NCBI GenBank assembly: GCA_004322365.1 | Contig: SCTS01000003.1 | Coordinates: 2,709-66,708, forward strand | DNA length: 64,000 nt | Source of the DNA: Patescibacteria group bacterium | GTDB taxonomy: Bacteria > Patescibacteriota > Minisyncoccia > Phycocordibacterales > Phycocordibacteraceae | Direction: 5' to 3' | Part shown: positions 9,942 to 18,784 of the stretch, in pieces | Layout of the letters: every line of letters starts with the position of its first letter | Position numbering within the stretch: the first letter of the stretch is position 1 | Translations under genes and position numbers: made by a program | Notes under the pieces: model-generated | The model's input: only the letters and a program-made list of their open reading frames with translations | The model's database searches: none | Told to the model about the DNA's origin: nothing

Positions 9942-10778
9942 ATGTTACCTACAGCCGTCATTGCGTTCAGAGAATTTTTTGAAGCTTTTCTTATTGTTGG
10001 TGTCTTTTTGGGTGTGTCTAAAACTCTTGGTCTCAAGAGGGAGGTAGAAATTGCGCTAGCGGCTGCTTTGGGAATACTTCTGTCGCTCGTATTAGTCGGA
10101 GGAACATATTTCTTTAGCGGTCAGTTAGGTAACTTTCTCACTGAAAGGACCGTTGAGTTGTTGGAGGGTTATGTAATGGTTTTTTCAGGGCTTTTCCTAG
10201 TCTATGTCATCTTTTCTCTCCACACCGTTATGAGTGCGGGTCGCAAAGGCATGATGAGTAAAGCAGAGGCGCGTTTCAAGGAAAATGCTTTTGATATCTC
10301 ATTATTTTTTACTATCGTCTTTCTTGTTATACGCGAAGGGTTTGAGATTGCACTTTTCACTGCAAGTATTGCGCTCTTGACGACGTTCATTCAAAATTTC
10401 TTGGGGCTCTTGATTGGTCTTGCAGGGGCAAGTGCACTCGGCATTTCTACCTTTTTCGCCTATACACGCTTTCCTACAAGGAAAATATTTAAGGTAACGG
10501 AATACATGGTTATTCTCTTAGGTGCGTCGTTGACACAAAACGGCATTACTAAGCTTTTTGAAAACTATTTCAACATACATCTATCTAACATAGCGCCCAT
10601 TAATCTCTTTTTCCTCCCAGACACAGAAAGCATAGGAGGGCATTTGATTCGAAGTCTTATAGGTATTGAACAGGAATTCAGTCTTGTCCGCTTAAGTATT
10701 ATGCTCGTCTATATCGCTCTTATTTATGTGCTGTTTATGCGTGCACGAGTGAAAAAAACTATCACTACCAAAGAATAG
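9942..10778 (+). CDS. FTR1/EfeU family iron permease
   Basis: Two RExxE motifs (REFFE, REGFE), about 7 TM segments. Confidence 0.85.
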   Translation: MLPTAVIAFREFFEAFLIVGVFLGVSKTLGLKREVEIALAAALGILLSLVLVGGTYFFSGQLGNFLTERTVELLEGYVMVFSGLFLVYVIFSLHTVMSAGRKGMMSKAEARFKENAFDISLFFTIVFLVIREGFEIALFTASIALLTTFIQNFLGLLIGLAGASALGISTFFAYTRFPTRKIFKVTEYMVILLGASLTQNGITKLFENYFNIHLSNIAPINLFFLPDTESIGGHLIRSLIGIEQEFSLVRLSIMLVYIALIYVLFMRARVKKTITTKE

Positions 10779-10843
10779 GCTGGTCTATTTGGCGTATTCG
10801 GTGCGAGAGTATTGCCTCCTAAATCTCTGATACCCTGTGCAGT

Positions 10844-11500
10844 ATGAACTTTTCTATTGAAGAACACGCAGATGCTGAGCTTGAAAAAAGTGGCGCGTTG
10901 ACGACTGCGCGTATTCAGTCTCTAGGTGACAACATTTTTGCGTTCGCGATGACTATGTTAGTGCTAAATTTTCTTCTTCCAGAACTTGGGCGCGAGAATA
11001 CCTTAGTGAGCGTACTCTCGGATCTTTCATTTAGTTTTATTGCGTACGTAATGAGTTTTGTTGTACTTGGCGTTATGTGGGTGAGTCAGCAAAATCAATA
11101 TCACTTTATAGAACGCACTGATCGTCTTTTTCTTTGGATAAATATTTTCTTCTTGATGTTTGTGGTATTCATACCGTTCTCAACACATACGCTAGGTTTG
11201 TATTATGACTCCACGCTCGCGGTACTTATATACGGTCTTAACTTACTCATCTGTGGCGCGCTCCTCTACATGCACTGGGCGTACGCTACACATAACCGCC
11301 GTCTCGTTGCACCAAATTTGAGCGAGCGTGTCGTTAAGGTTATTTCTTTTCGTTTCATTTTCATTATTCTCTGGGTGTCGATTGCTGTTCTTGTGTCCTT
11401 TCTTTCAATTCATGCTGCGTTTTTCCTTTTTGTACCAGCAATGATTTTAGGAATGATTCCTACCATGATGGATCGACTTGCACACCGCTTTTTCTCGTAA
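10844..11500 (+). CDS. TMEM175 family potassium channel
   Basis: RIQSLGDNIFAFAMTMLVL (divergent RxxxFSD motif), AYVMSF...W, FIPFST. Confidence 0.8.
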   Translation: MNFSIEEHADAELEKSGALTTARIQSLGDNIFAFAMTMLVLNFLLPELGRENTLVSVLSDLSFSFIAYVMSFVVLGVMWVSQQNQYHFIERTDRLFLWINIFFLMFVVFIPFSTHTLGLYYDSTLAVLIYGLNLLICGALLYMHWAYATHNRRLVAPNLSERVVKVISFRFIFIILWVSIAVLVSFLSIHAAFFLFVPAMILGMIPTMMDRLAHRFFS

Positions 11501-11561
11501 TAACCATGTTTCGTTGTTTTGGTATATACTGACAAGAGTAGTGTCTCCGGTCAGTATTGGT

Positions 11562-11729
11562 ATGAAAAAACAACCAGCAAAGCCAGTCCGTATAAAGCCA
11601 CCGTACGCTCCAAAGCTTACAAAAAGTGCAATTTTAGTATGTACCTGCGGTGTTCGCTATATTAAAACTCGCGTCGATCAAATTGTGTGTATTGCATGCT
11701 TGGTGCAAGAGCGTGATTCACAAAAATAA
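11562..11729 (+). CDS. Small basic Cys-rich protein (55 aa)
   Basis: CTC-x13-CIAC. Confidence 0.6.
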   Translation: MKKQPAKPVRIKPPYAPKLTKSAILVCTCGVRYIKTRVDQIVCIACLVQERDSQK

Positions 11730-11745
11730 AATCAGTTTCACTGGC

Positions 11746-12306
11746 ATGAAAAATGCACTGGTACTCCATGGCACGAATGATTCCTCAGAAGGGAATTGGT
11801 TCCCATGGTTACAGGTAGAACTTGAGAGGATAGGTTGGAAGGTCTGGGTACCTGATTTACCACAAGCCGACGCTCCCAATATGCAGAGGTATCAGAATTT
11901 TATTTTTTCTTCTGATTGGAAATTTGATAATGAATCTGTCATTGTCGGTCACTCGTCAGGCGCGGTAGCAATTTTAGGACTTCTGCAAGCATTACCTGAA
12001 GGTACCGTTATTGATACGGCAGTTTTTGTGGGTGCATTCAAAAATGATTTAGGTTGGGATAGTTTGAAAGAGCTTTTCAGCAAACCATTTGATTTTGCAA
12101 AAATACGCGCCTCGGCAAAGCGTTTTGTTTTTCTTCATTCCGACAACGACCCTTTTTGTCCTCTCGAAGGAGCAACAAGTCTTTCAAAAGAATTAGGGGG
12201 TGAGCTCATTGTTGTCCCAGGTGCATCTCATTTTAGTCTCGGTACTGGAGGTGATGCATATCAAAAGTTGCCCATCATTCTCGATATTCTCCATGAACCT
12301 CATTAA
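11746..12306 (+). CDS. RBBP9/YdeN family alpha/beta hydrolase
   Basis: LHG...NWFPWL, GHSSG nucleophile, SDNDP, GASH. Confidence 0.9.
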   Translation: MKNALVLHGTNDSSEGNWFPWLQVELERIGWKVWVPDLPQADAPNMQRYQNFIFSSDWKFDNESVIVGHSSGAVAILGLLQALPEGTVIDTAVFVGAFKNDLGWDSLKELFSKPFDFAKIRASAKRFVFLHSDNDPFCPLEGATSLSKELGGELIVVPGASHFSLGTGGDAYQKLPIILDILHEPH

Positions 12307-12700
12307 GCGGGGAATTGTATTCGGTGTCTTTGATGGGCTTCATGAAGGACATCGGTTTTTTTTGAAATCGGCATCCGATAAATGCGAAAGCCTCATTGTA
12401 GTTGTTGCTATAGATGATGCCTCTCTCGCCCTAAAAGGCAGAATACCCAAGCATTCTTTTAATGAGCGTATGCAAGCACTTCTTTCCTTTAATCCTTCCC
12501 TCAAAGTAGTTCCCGGCGACTCTATACAAGGAGAATGGAGTGCACTGACAATGTATATGCCAGACATGGTGTTTTTGGGGCATGATCAGAGCGCGATTGC
12601 TGAAGAGCTTGAGAAAATAGGAATTCAATTTTCATTTATAGATTCTCACCGCCCGGAAGAGTTTAAATCGAGCTTGCTGCACCGCTTTGAAGTGGAGTAG
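12293..12700 (+). CDS. Cytidylyltransferase-family nucleotidyltransferase (RibL/TagD-like)
   Basis: GVFDGLHEGH (HxGH), ER, LGHDQ, KSS. Confidence 0.8.
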   Translation: MNLIKRGIVFGVFDGLHEGHRFFLKSASDKCESLIVVVAIDDASLALKGRIPKHSFNERMQALLSFNPSLKVVPGDSIQGEWSALTMYMPDMVFLGHDQSAIAEELEKIGIQFSFIDSHRPEEFKSSLLHRFEVE

Positions 12701-12704
12701 GGTG

Positions 12705-12732
12705 TTGACTTATTGTCTAAGTGGCGTAGTAT
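12705..12732 (+). promoter_or_regulatory. Putative sigma70 promoter
   Basis: TTGACT-16 nt-TAGTAT. Confidence 0.5.
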
Positions 12733-12741
12733 TGCCCCTAA

Positions 12742-12837
12742 CGGCGATATTGCCCCGAGAGCTTCCAGTTCTCCCTGCACTGTGGTCGTCTAATGATGCC
12801 ACCTTTAACCTCACGGGGTTTCTAGTGGTATAGGTCG
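12742..12837 (+). ncRNA. Candidate structured RNA, miniature 6S-like
   Basis: GCCCCGAGAG/CTCACGGGGT stem, pyrimidine-rich bubble, GTGGTCGTC/GATGCCAC apical stem; CACCTTTAACC..GGGGTTTC resembles the E. coli 6S 3' strand as I recall it. Confidence 0.4.
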
Positions 12838-12878
12838 AATTATTAAATATAATTGCTTTGAGTTTTACTCAGATATAT

Positions 12879-12998
12879 ATGGCAGAAGGCTATAAAAATC
12901 CTGAATTCAGTAGGTGTCCTCGTTGTAACCAAGAATTCTCTAAAAATCCTATCGTCGCTTGGTTGCACCAGTGTCCGAAACCATCTCAATTTCGGTAA
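12879..12998 (+). CDS. Micro-protein with C2HC Zn-finger pattern (39 aa; below ORF-track cutoff)
   Basis: MAEGYKNPEFSRCPRCNQEFSKNPIVAWLHQCPKPSQFR. Confidence 0.55.
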   Translation: MAEGYKNPEFSRCPRCNQEFSKNPIVAWLHQCPKPSQFR

Positions 12999-13048
12999 CC
13001 GTAGGGTCGTTTTAGGAAAATAAAAAACACAAGCCCCGATGGGGACGA

Positions 13049-13091
13049 TAGATAAAGAATAAACTGCTCATGGCAGTTTTTTTATTATCTA
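13049..13091 (+). terminator. Terminator-like hairpin
   Basis: TAGATAA..AAACTGC-tcatg-GCAGTTTTTTTATTATCTA. Confidence 0.6.
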
Positions 13092-13116
13092 CGCTTGCTA
13101 TAGTGTTTATATGAAT

Positions 13117-13231
13117 CCCGTTAGAAATCGCGGACGCATATTGATGGGTGTAACTATGGCACGGTCGAATATTACAAAAATAACTCAAGTAGGAGCTGAC
13201 GCAAAGGCGTTCGCGCCCTATTTCTAACGGG
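13117..13231. mobile_element. MITE-like 115-bp element with terminal inverted repeats and ATGAAT direct repeats
   Basis: ATGAAT[CCCGTTAGAAAT...ATTTCTAACGGG]ATGAAT; inner CGCGGACGC/GCGTTCGCG also pairs. Confidence 0.8.
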
Positions 13232-14194
13232 ATGAATATTCACGACACCGTTCGTACACTCATGCAAGACGGTAAAGGTGTACTTGCGGTAGATCAAGAC
13301 GCGCCCACACTCCAAAAATATTTTTCTATTCTTAATATTCCAAACACAGAGGACTCGCGCCAAAAATATTTTGAGCTTTTGTTTCGAACGCCGGGAATAG
13401 AAAAACTGCTCTCTGCGGTTATTGTGTCTGAAGAAAGGATCAAACAAAGTTCACGTGCTGGAATTCCATTTTCAGATCTTATTTCTTCTAAAAATATTCT
13501 TGTGGGTGTGCATATTGACGAAAATATTTCTGAAAATATATCAGCACGCTTACAAGAATATAAATCACTTGCAATTGGGTGTGCGAAAAAAACTGTGCGT
13601 GTTGAAGTTACCGGTACTCCAATCACTGAAGAGTTTCATGCACGTCTGCGAGGTCTCGCCGATTTCGCCGTAGTGTGTCAAGAAAAAGATATTGTTCCAA
13701 TTCTTGGACTAGAGTTAGTACAGGTAGGCCCGCATACTGCCGAACAAGCTGAAAGTGCACTTGCTGAAAGACTTACTGCTTTGTCTGATTCGTTAGCTCA
13801 CTGTGGCGTCGATTATAAAGGGTTAGTCGTTGAGGTGAGTATGACATCCTCTGGGAGTGAAAATCCATTACCTGCAGAGCCTAAGGAAGTTGCTGAAAGA
13901 ACAATGCGCGCACTTTCCAACTCCATTCCAGAATCCATCGGAGGAATTTTATTTTTTTCTGATGGAGAAACCCCTGAGATGGCAACTGCAGATTTAAATG
14001 CGATTGCTCGCTTGGAGCCGTTCCACTGGCCTGTTGCATTTTGTTTTTCTCGTGCGCTTCAAGAGCCAGTTCTTCGTGTATGGCAGGGTAATGACGAGCA
14101 TATAGTGGAAGCCCAAGCAGCGTTTTATGAACGCCTCCTGTTAAATGTAAGGGCAGATGCTGGGGGATATGGTCAAGGAATGGAATCTCGTTGA
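13232..14194 (+). CDS. Class I fructose-bisphosphate aldolase homolog with degenerate active site
   Basis: GKGVLAVD, IVPIL, WPVAFCFSRALQ; Schiff-base Lys position reads E (GLVVEVSM versus GTLLKPNM). Confidence 0.75.
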   Translation: MNIHDTVRTLMQDGKGVLAVDQDAPTLQKYFSILNIPNTEDSRQKYFELLFRTPGIEKLLSAVIVSEERIKQSSRAGIPFSDLISSKNILVGVHIDENISENISARLQEYKSLAIGCAKKTVRVEVTGTPITEEFHARLRGLADFAVVCQEKDIVPILGLELVQVGPHTAEQAESALAERLTALSDSLAHCGVDYKGLVVEVSMTSSGSENPLPAEPKEVAERTMRALSNSIPESIGGILFFSDGETPEMATADLNAIARLEPFHWPVAFCFSRALQEPVLRVWQGNDEHIVEAQAAFYERLLLNVRADAGGYGQGMESR

Positions 14195-14549
14195 GTTTTG
14201 TGTTGTATTTTGTTTTTGAGGTTTAGCTAGTTTTCTTTCAACGCAAATCGATACTTTTGTCTGTCCCACAAAACGGCTCTTATGGGTACTTTTGGGACGA
14301 CGCCCCACCAAAAAGTTTGACAGAGACAGTCTTTGTTTCTTTTTGATTTTTTAATTGATATCCACACGATTTTTTTGAGACTCCAATGTCCACAGACATG
14401 TAGAATGCTCTATACCTCCCGTCATTCCTGTTGTAATCTGTACATCCGACTTACATTTTGATTTACCGATTCTTGCGAAAAATATTTCTTGCAAAATCGT
14501 AGAAAATTATTAAATTATTCCGTTTTCGGACGGGCACCATCTCTCGACC

Positions 14550-17411
14550 ATGACTAGCACTCAGAAAACAAAGAAACGAAACGGCACCATCGTTGATTTT
14601 AATCAGGGAAAAATTGTTTCTGCAGTTTCCAAAGCATTTTTTGAAGTTCTTCAAGATACTCATGCTGATGAGTCACAGGCAATAGGCGAGGCGGTGGCGA
14701 GTGCGGTCAGACTTCGCTATGCAGGCACAGCCTCCATTCCTTCGGTTGAGGAAATTCAAGACCTTGTTGAGCATTCACTGATGGAGCGCTCGTATTTTGA
14801 TGTTGCAAAGGCGTACATAATTTACCGTTACGAACACGCAAAGATTCGTGAAGAAAAACAAGAAGAAGTTGTAAAGAAAATTGAAGAGCGAGGACTTTTG
14901 ATTCTCAAGCGAAATGGTGAGCGCGAAATATTTTCAATCGATAAAATTAGAAAAACTATCGAGTTCAGTGTATTGCCAGAAAATGCACGAGGTGTTGATA
15001 TCGACGGTTTTATTTCTCAGGTACAGCGTGAAGTGTATGACGGCATTTCAACAAAAGAAATTGAACGCACACTTATCATGGTTGCGCGTTCAATGATTGA
15101 ACGAGATCCTGCATACAACCAACTCGGAGCTCAGCTCATGTTGAATTCTCTCTACAATGAAGTGCTTCACACTGACGCCATCTCAATAGTGTCAGGCGAT
15201 TTCGATAGCATCTATCGTTCAGCATTTGTAAAAAATGTGAAGACAGCAGTTGAATTAAAACAACTCGATGAAAGAATACTTTCATTTGATCTTTCAAAAA
15301 TTGCAGCAGCACTTCGACCTGAGCGCGATCGCTTACTGAAGTACATTGGTGTTGCAACATTGTCTGACCGATATCTTATTCATAGTAGAGAAAACAAACA
15401 GCCACTTGAAACTCCGCAAATGCTCTACATGCGCGTTGCAATGGGGGTGGCTCTGAATGAGAAAGAAAATCGTGAGGCATGGGCAATTCGTTTTTATGAA
15501 ATGCTTTCAACTCTCCGTTTTGTTCCTTCTACACCAACATTGTTCCACTCAGGCATGCCACGAGCACAACTTTCTTCTTGTTACTTGAACACCGTTGATG
15601 ACGATTTGGACCAGATATTTAAGGTGTACGGTGACAATGCACAAATGTCCAAGTGGGCAGGGGGCATTGGTACTGACTGGACAAACCTTCGTGCGACAGG
15701 TGCATATATAAAGAAGGCAGGCATTACTTCGCAGGGTGTCGTACCATTTTTGAAGATTGCTAACGATGTTACGGTGGCTATAAACCGCTCTGGTAGACGC
15801 CGTGGAGCAACTGCGGTGTACCTTGAAACATGGCACTACGATATTGAGGATTTCTTGGAGCTTCGTAAAAACACCGGAGATGAAAGGCGTCGTACTCACG
15901 ACATGAACACCGCTAATTGGATTCCAGACCTCTTTATGAAGCGTGTGCGTGAAGATGGTTCATGGACACTCTTTTCTCCTGATGAAACACCTGATCTCCA
16001 CCATATCTACGGTAAGAAATTTGAAGAAGCATATGCACGCTACGAAAAACTTGCGGATGAAGGAAAGATAAAACTTTTCAAGCGCATGAAGGCAGGGGAT
16101 TTGTGGAAGAAAATGCTCGCTATGCTTTATGAGACAGGACACCCATGGATTACTTTCAAAGATCCATCAAACATTCGTTCTCCTCAGGATCATGTGGGCG
16201 TCATTCACAACTCAAACCTTTGTACTGAAATTACACTGAACAATTCAAAAGATGAGACTGCTGTTTGTAACCTAGGCTGGGTCAACTTTGCAATGCATGT
16301 GACGAACGGAATGTTTGATCGTGAGAAAGCGAGAGAAACAGTAACGGTTGGTATGCGCATGCTCGACAATGTTATTGACCTTAACTTCTATCCAACAATT
16401 GAAGGTAGAAACTCAAACATGCGTCACCGACCAGTAGGTTTGGGTGTCGGCGGATTCCAAGATGCTTTGTATCAACTCAATATTGATTTTGCGTCTGAGG
16501 CATGTGTACAGTTTGCTGACGAAAGTATGGAAATTCTTTCCTACTACTCAATCCTCGCTTCTACTGATTTGGCACGCGAGAGAGGATCATATGAATCTTT
16601 CCTAGGATCAAAATGGGATCGAGGACTTTTGCCAGTAGATACTATTCGACTCCTTGAAGATGAGCGAGGAGAAACAATTGATGTTGCCAGGGACACAAAG
16701 CTTGATTGGAATGCTGTGCGCGATGCAATAAAAAAATACGGCATGCGTAACTCTAACTGTATGGCAATTGCTCCAACCGCTTCAACTTCAAACATTGTTT
16801 CGGTAGTGCCATCCGTTGAACCTGTCTACAAAAATATTTACGTTGAGTCCAACATCAGCGGAGACTTTACTGTAGTAAATCCTTACCTTGTTGAAGACTT
16901 AAAGAAATTAAATCTCTGGAACGATGCGATGTTGAACGAGCTTAAATATCAAGATGGTTCCCTAGGAAAAATTGCTGGTATTCCGCAAGCTCTCAAGGAT
17001 AAATATAAAGAAACATTTGAAATAGATATGCGTTGGATAATCAAAGCAGCTGCGTATCGTGGAAAGTGGATTGACCAATCACAGTCATTGAACATTTTCT
17101 TCCGTGGTTCATCAGGTAAGGAGCTTTCTGAAATCTACTTCTATGCATGGGAGATGGGCTTGAAAACAACGTATTACCTTCGTTCGCTTGCCGCAACACA
17201 GGTTGAAAAATCAACAGTCTCAACTAAAGAATTTGGTTCTACTCATACTCGTGATCAAAATGCTGGTGTAGATGCTAATGATGCTATGTCTATGACCAAA
17301 CCTGCTTCAACAGTAACTCCTGCACAAGCGCCAGTTGCTGTTGCGGAGACAGCTCCACGAACCTATGTATTGCACCGAGCTCTTGCTGCTGCGTGTGAAT
17401 CGTGTGAATAA
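14550..17411 (+). CDS. nrdA: Class I ribonucleotide reductase alpha subunit with two ATP-cones
   Basis: KKRNG/LKRNG cones, PSTPT, QLSSC, SNLCTEI, APTAS, TTYYLR, C-terminal CESC. Confidence 0.95.
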   Translation: MTSTQKTKKRNGTIVDFNQGKIVSAVSKAFFEVLQDTHADESQAIGEAVASAVRLRYAGTASIPSVEEIQDLVEHSLMERSYFDVAKAYIIYRYEHAKIREEKQEEVVKKIEERGLLILKRNGEREIFSIDKIRKTIEFSVLPENARGVDIDGFISQVQREVYDGISTKEIERTLIMVARSMIERDPAYNQLGAQLMLNSLYNEVLHTDAISIVSGDFDSIYRSAFVKNVKTAVELKQLDERILSFDLSKIAAALRPERDRLLKYIGVATLSDRYLIHSRENKQPLETPQMLYMRVAMGVALNEKENREAWAIRFYEMLSTLRFVPSTPTLFHSGMPRAQLSSCYLNTVDDDLDQIFKVYGDNAQMSKWAGGIGTDWTNLRATGAYIKKAGITSQGVVPFLKIANDVTVAINRSGRRRGATAVYLETWHYDIEDFLELRKNTGDERRRTHDMNTANWIPDLFMKRVREDGSWTLFSPDETPDLHHIYGKKFEEAYARYEKLADEGKIKLFKRMKAGDLWKKMLAMLYETGHPWITFKDPSNIRSPQDHVGVIHNSNLCTEITLNNSKDETAVCNLGWVNFAMHVTNGMFDREKARETVTVGMRMLDNVIDLNFYPTIEGRNSNMRHRPVGLGVGGFQDALYQLNIDFASEACVQFADESMEILSYYSILASTDLARERGSYESFLGSKWDRGLLPVDTIRLLEDERGETIDVARDTKLDWNAVRDAIKKYGMRNSNCMAIAPTASTSNIVSVVPSVEPVYKNIYVESNISGDFTVVNPYLVEDLKKLNLWNDAMLNELKYQDGSLGKIAGIPQALKDKYKETFEIDMRWIIKAAAYRGKWIDQSQSLNIFFRGSSGKELSEIYFYAWEMGLKTTYYLRSLAATQVEKSTVSTKEFGSTHTRDQNAGVDANDAMSMTKPASTVTPAQAPVAVAETAPRTYVLHRALAAACESCE

Positions 17412-17469
17412 AGATAGCCTTCAGGTTTCAACTTTTAGCTTTAAAATTTAATAACTAAAAAAATCTAAA

Positions 17470-18504
17470 ATGGCAATCCAAAGAAACGCAAAGCCCGTCG
17501 ATGTAAACCAGCGCCGTGTCATTAACGGTCTTGAGGCTGATGTCATTCAGCTCTACCCAATGAAGCATAAGTTTGCGTGGGAGTACTACAACGCTGCAAA
17601 TTCAAACCACTGGCTACCAACAGAAATTTCAATGCAGTTGGACATCGAGCAGTGGAAATCGCCAACTGCACTCTCGCAAGATGAACGACATGCGTTTGAA
17701 ACCATTCTTGGATTTTTCACCACCGCTGATTCAATCGCAGCAAACAACATTGTCATTGGCTTCTACAAGCATGTGACCTCGCCTGAGATTCGTATGTACT
17801 TACTTCGTCAAGCATACGAAGAAGCAATTCACACCCATGCATATCAGTACATTGTTGAATCGTTGGGAATGGATGAGTCTAAGATATTCAACATGTATCG
17901 CGAAGTTGATGCTCTCTACAACAAGGAAGCATTCATTCTTTCGTTTAACGAAGGTGTTTTTGATCCAGCATTTAAAACAGGAACATTTGAAGCAGATCAA
18001 AAATTCTTGGAAAACTGGGCAGTCTTCTCACTCATTTTGGAAGGTATTTTCTTTTACTCATCATTCGCAGTTATGTTTGGCTTTCAGCGCCAGCACAAGC
18101 TCACTGGTTCTGCCGAACAGATTCAGTACATCATGCGTGATGAGTCTATGCACTTGAACTTTGGTCTTGAAATCATCAATGCAATTCGCGAAGAAAATCC
18201 AGAATTGTGGACACAGAAATTCCAAGATCGAATTATCGAACTCGTGCACCAGGCAGTCAAACTTGAGTACGAATATGCGCGCGATGTATTTCCAACGGGC
18301 ATTTTCGGACTCAATGCCGATGGATTCAAAGAATATATTCAGTTTATTGCTGACAGACGCTTGGAGCGTGTAGGACTACCTGCTCAGTACCACTCAACGA
18401 ATCCTTTCCCATGGATGAGTGAAGCTATTGACCTTGCAAAGAAGAAGAACTTCTTCGAGACTCGTGTTACCGAATACAAGACTGGAGGTGCATTGAATTG
18501 GTGA
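17470..18504 (+). CDS. nrdB: Ribonucleotide reductase beta subunit (radical Tyr present)
   Basis: FFTTAD, EEAIHTHAY, EGIFFYSSF, RDESMH, NFFETRVTEY. Confidence 0.95.
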   Translation: MAIQRNAKPVDVNQRRVINGLEADVIQLYPMKHKFAWEYYNAANSNHWLPTEISMQLDIEQWKSPTALSQDERHAFETILGFFTTADSIAANNIVIGFYKHVTSPEIRMYLLRQAYEEAIHTHAYQYIVESLGMDESKIFNMYREVDALYNKEAFILSFNEGVFDPAFKTGTFEADQKFLENWAVFSLILEGIFFYSSFAVMFGFQRQHKLTGSAEQIQYIMRDESMHLNFGLEIINAIREENPELWTQKFQDRIIELVHQAVKLEYEYARDVFPTGIFGLNADGFKEYIQFIADRRLERVGLPAQYHSTNPFPWMSEAIDLAKKKNFFETRVTEYKTGGALNW

Positions 18505-18515
18505 TAGGTCGTCGT

Positions 18516-18695
18516 ATGCATCTAAAAACACCAGAAGCTAGACACCTTTTTCCAGTAAGAGAATATCATCATGGGGCTGTATTCAAAGAACGTGGCGTGC
18601 TTATGCGTTACTGTGGTTTCTGTAAAATAAAAATGACAGATGAAGTGTGGCGAGAGCATCTAAAAGAGCAGAAACATCCGTTATTGAGAGTGTAG
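18516..18695 (+). CDS. Small C2H2 (U1/matrin-like) Zn-finger protein
   Basis: YCGFC-x11-H-x5-H. Confidence 0.6.
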   Translation: MHLKTPEARHLFPVREYHHGAVFKERGVLMRYCGFCKIKMTDEVWREHLKEQKHPLLRV

Positions 18696-18709
18696 TAAAA
18701 CTGTATAGT

Positions 18710-18740
18710 AAAACCTTCATACATTTGAGGGTTTTTCTTT
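18710..18740 (+). terminator. Intrinsic terminator
   Basis: AAAACCTTCA-tacatt-TGAGGGTTTT followed by T-run. Confidence 0.65.
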
Positions 18741-18784
18741 TTAACCCTCTAGCCCCTAAACGCTAAACGCTATACACTACTAAG

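Noticed and set aside
12742-12803. Fluoride riboswitch (GGCGAT...CTAATGATGCC)
   Set aside because: The expected P1 and pseudoknot complementarity is absent and no crcB/eriC gene follows.
17470-18504. Class Ic (Tyr-less) NrdB
   Set aside because: Radical Tyr (HTHAY) and the Asp first ligand are present.
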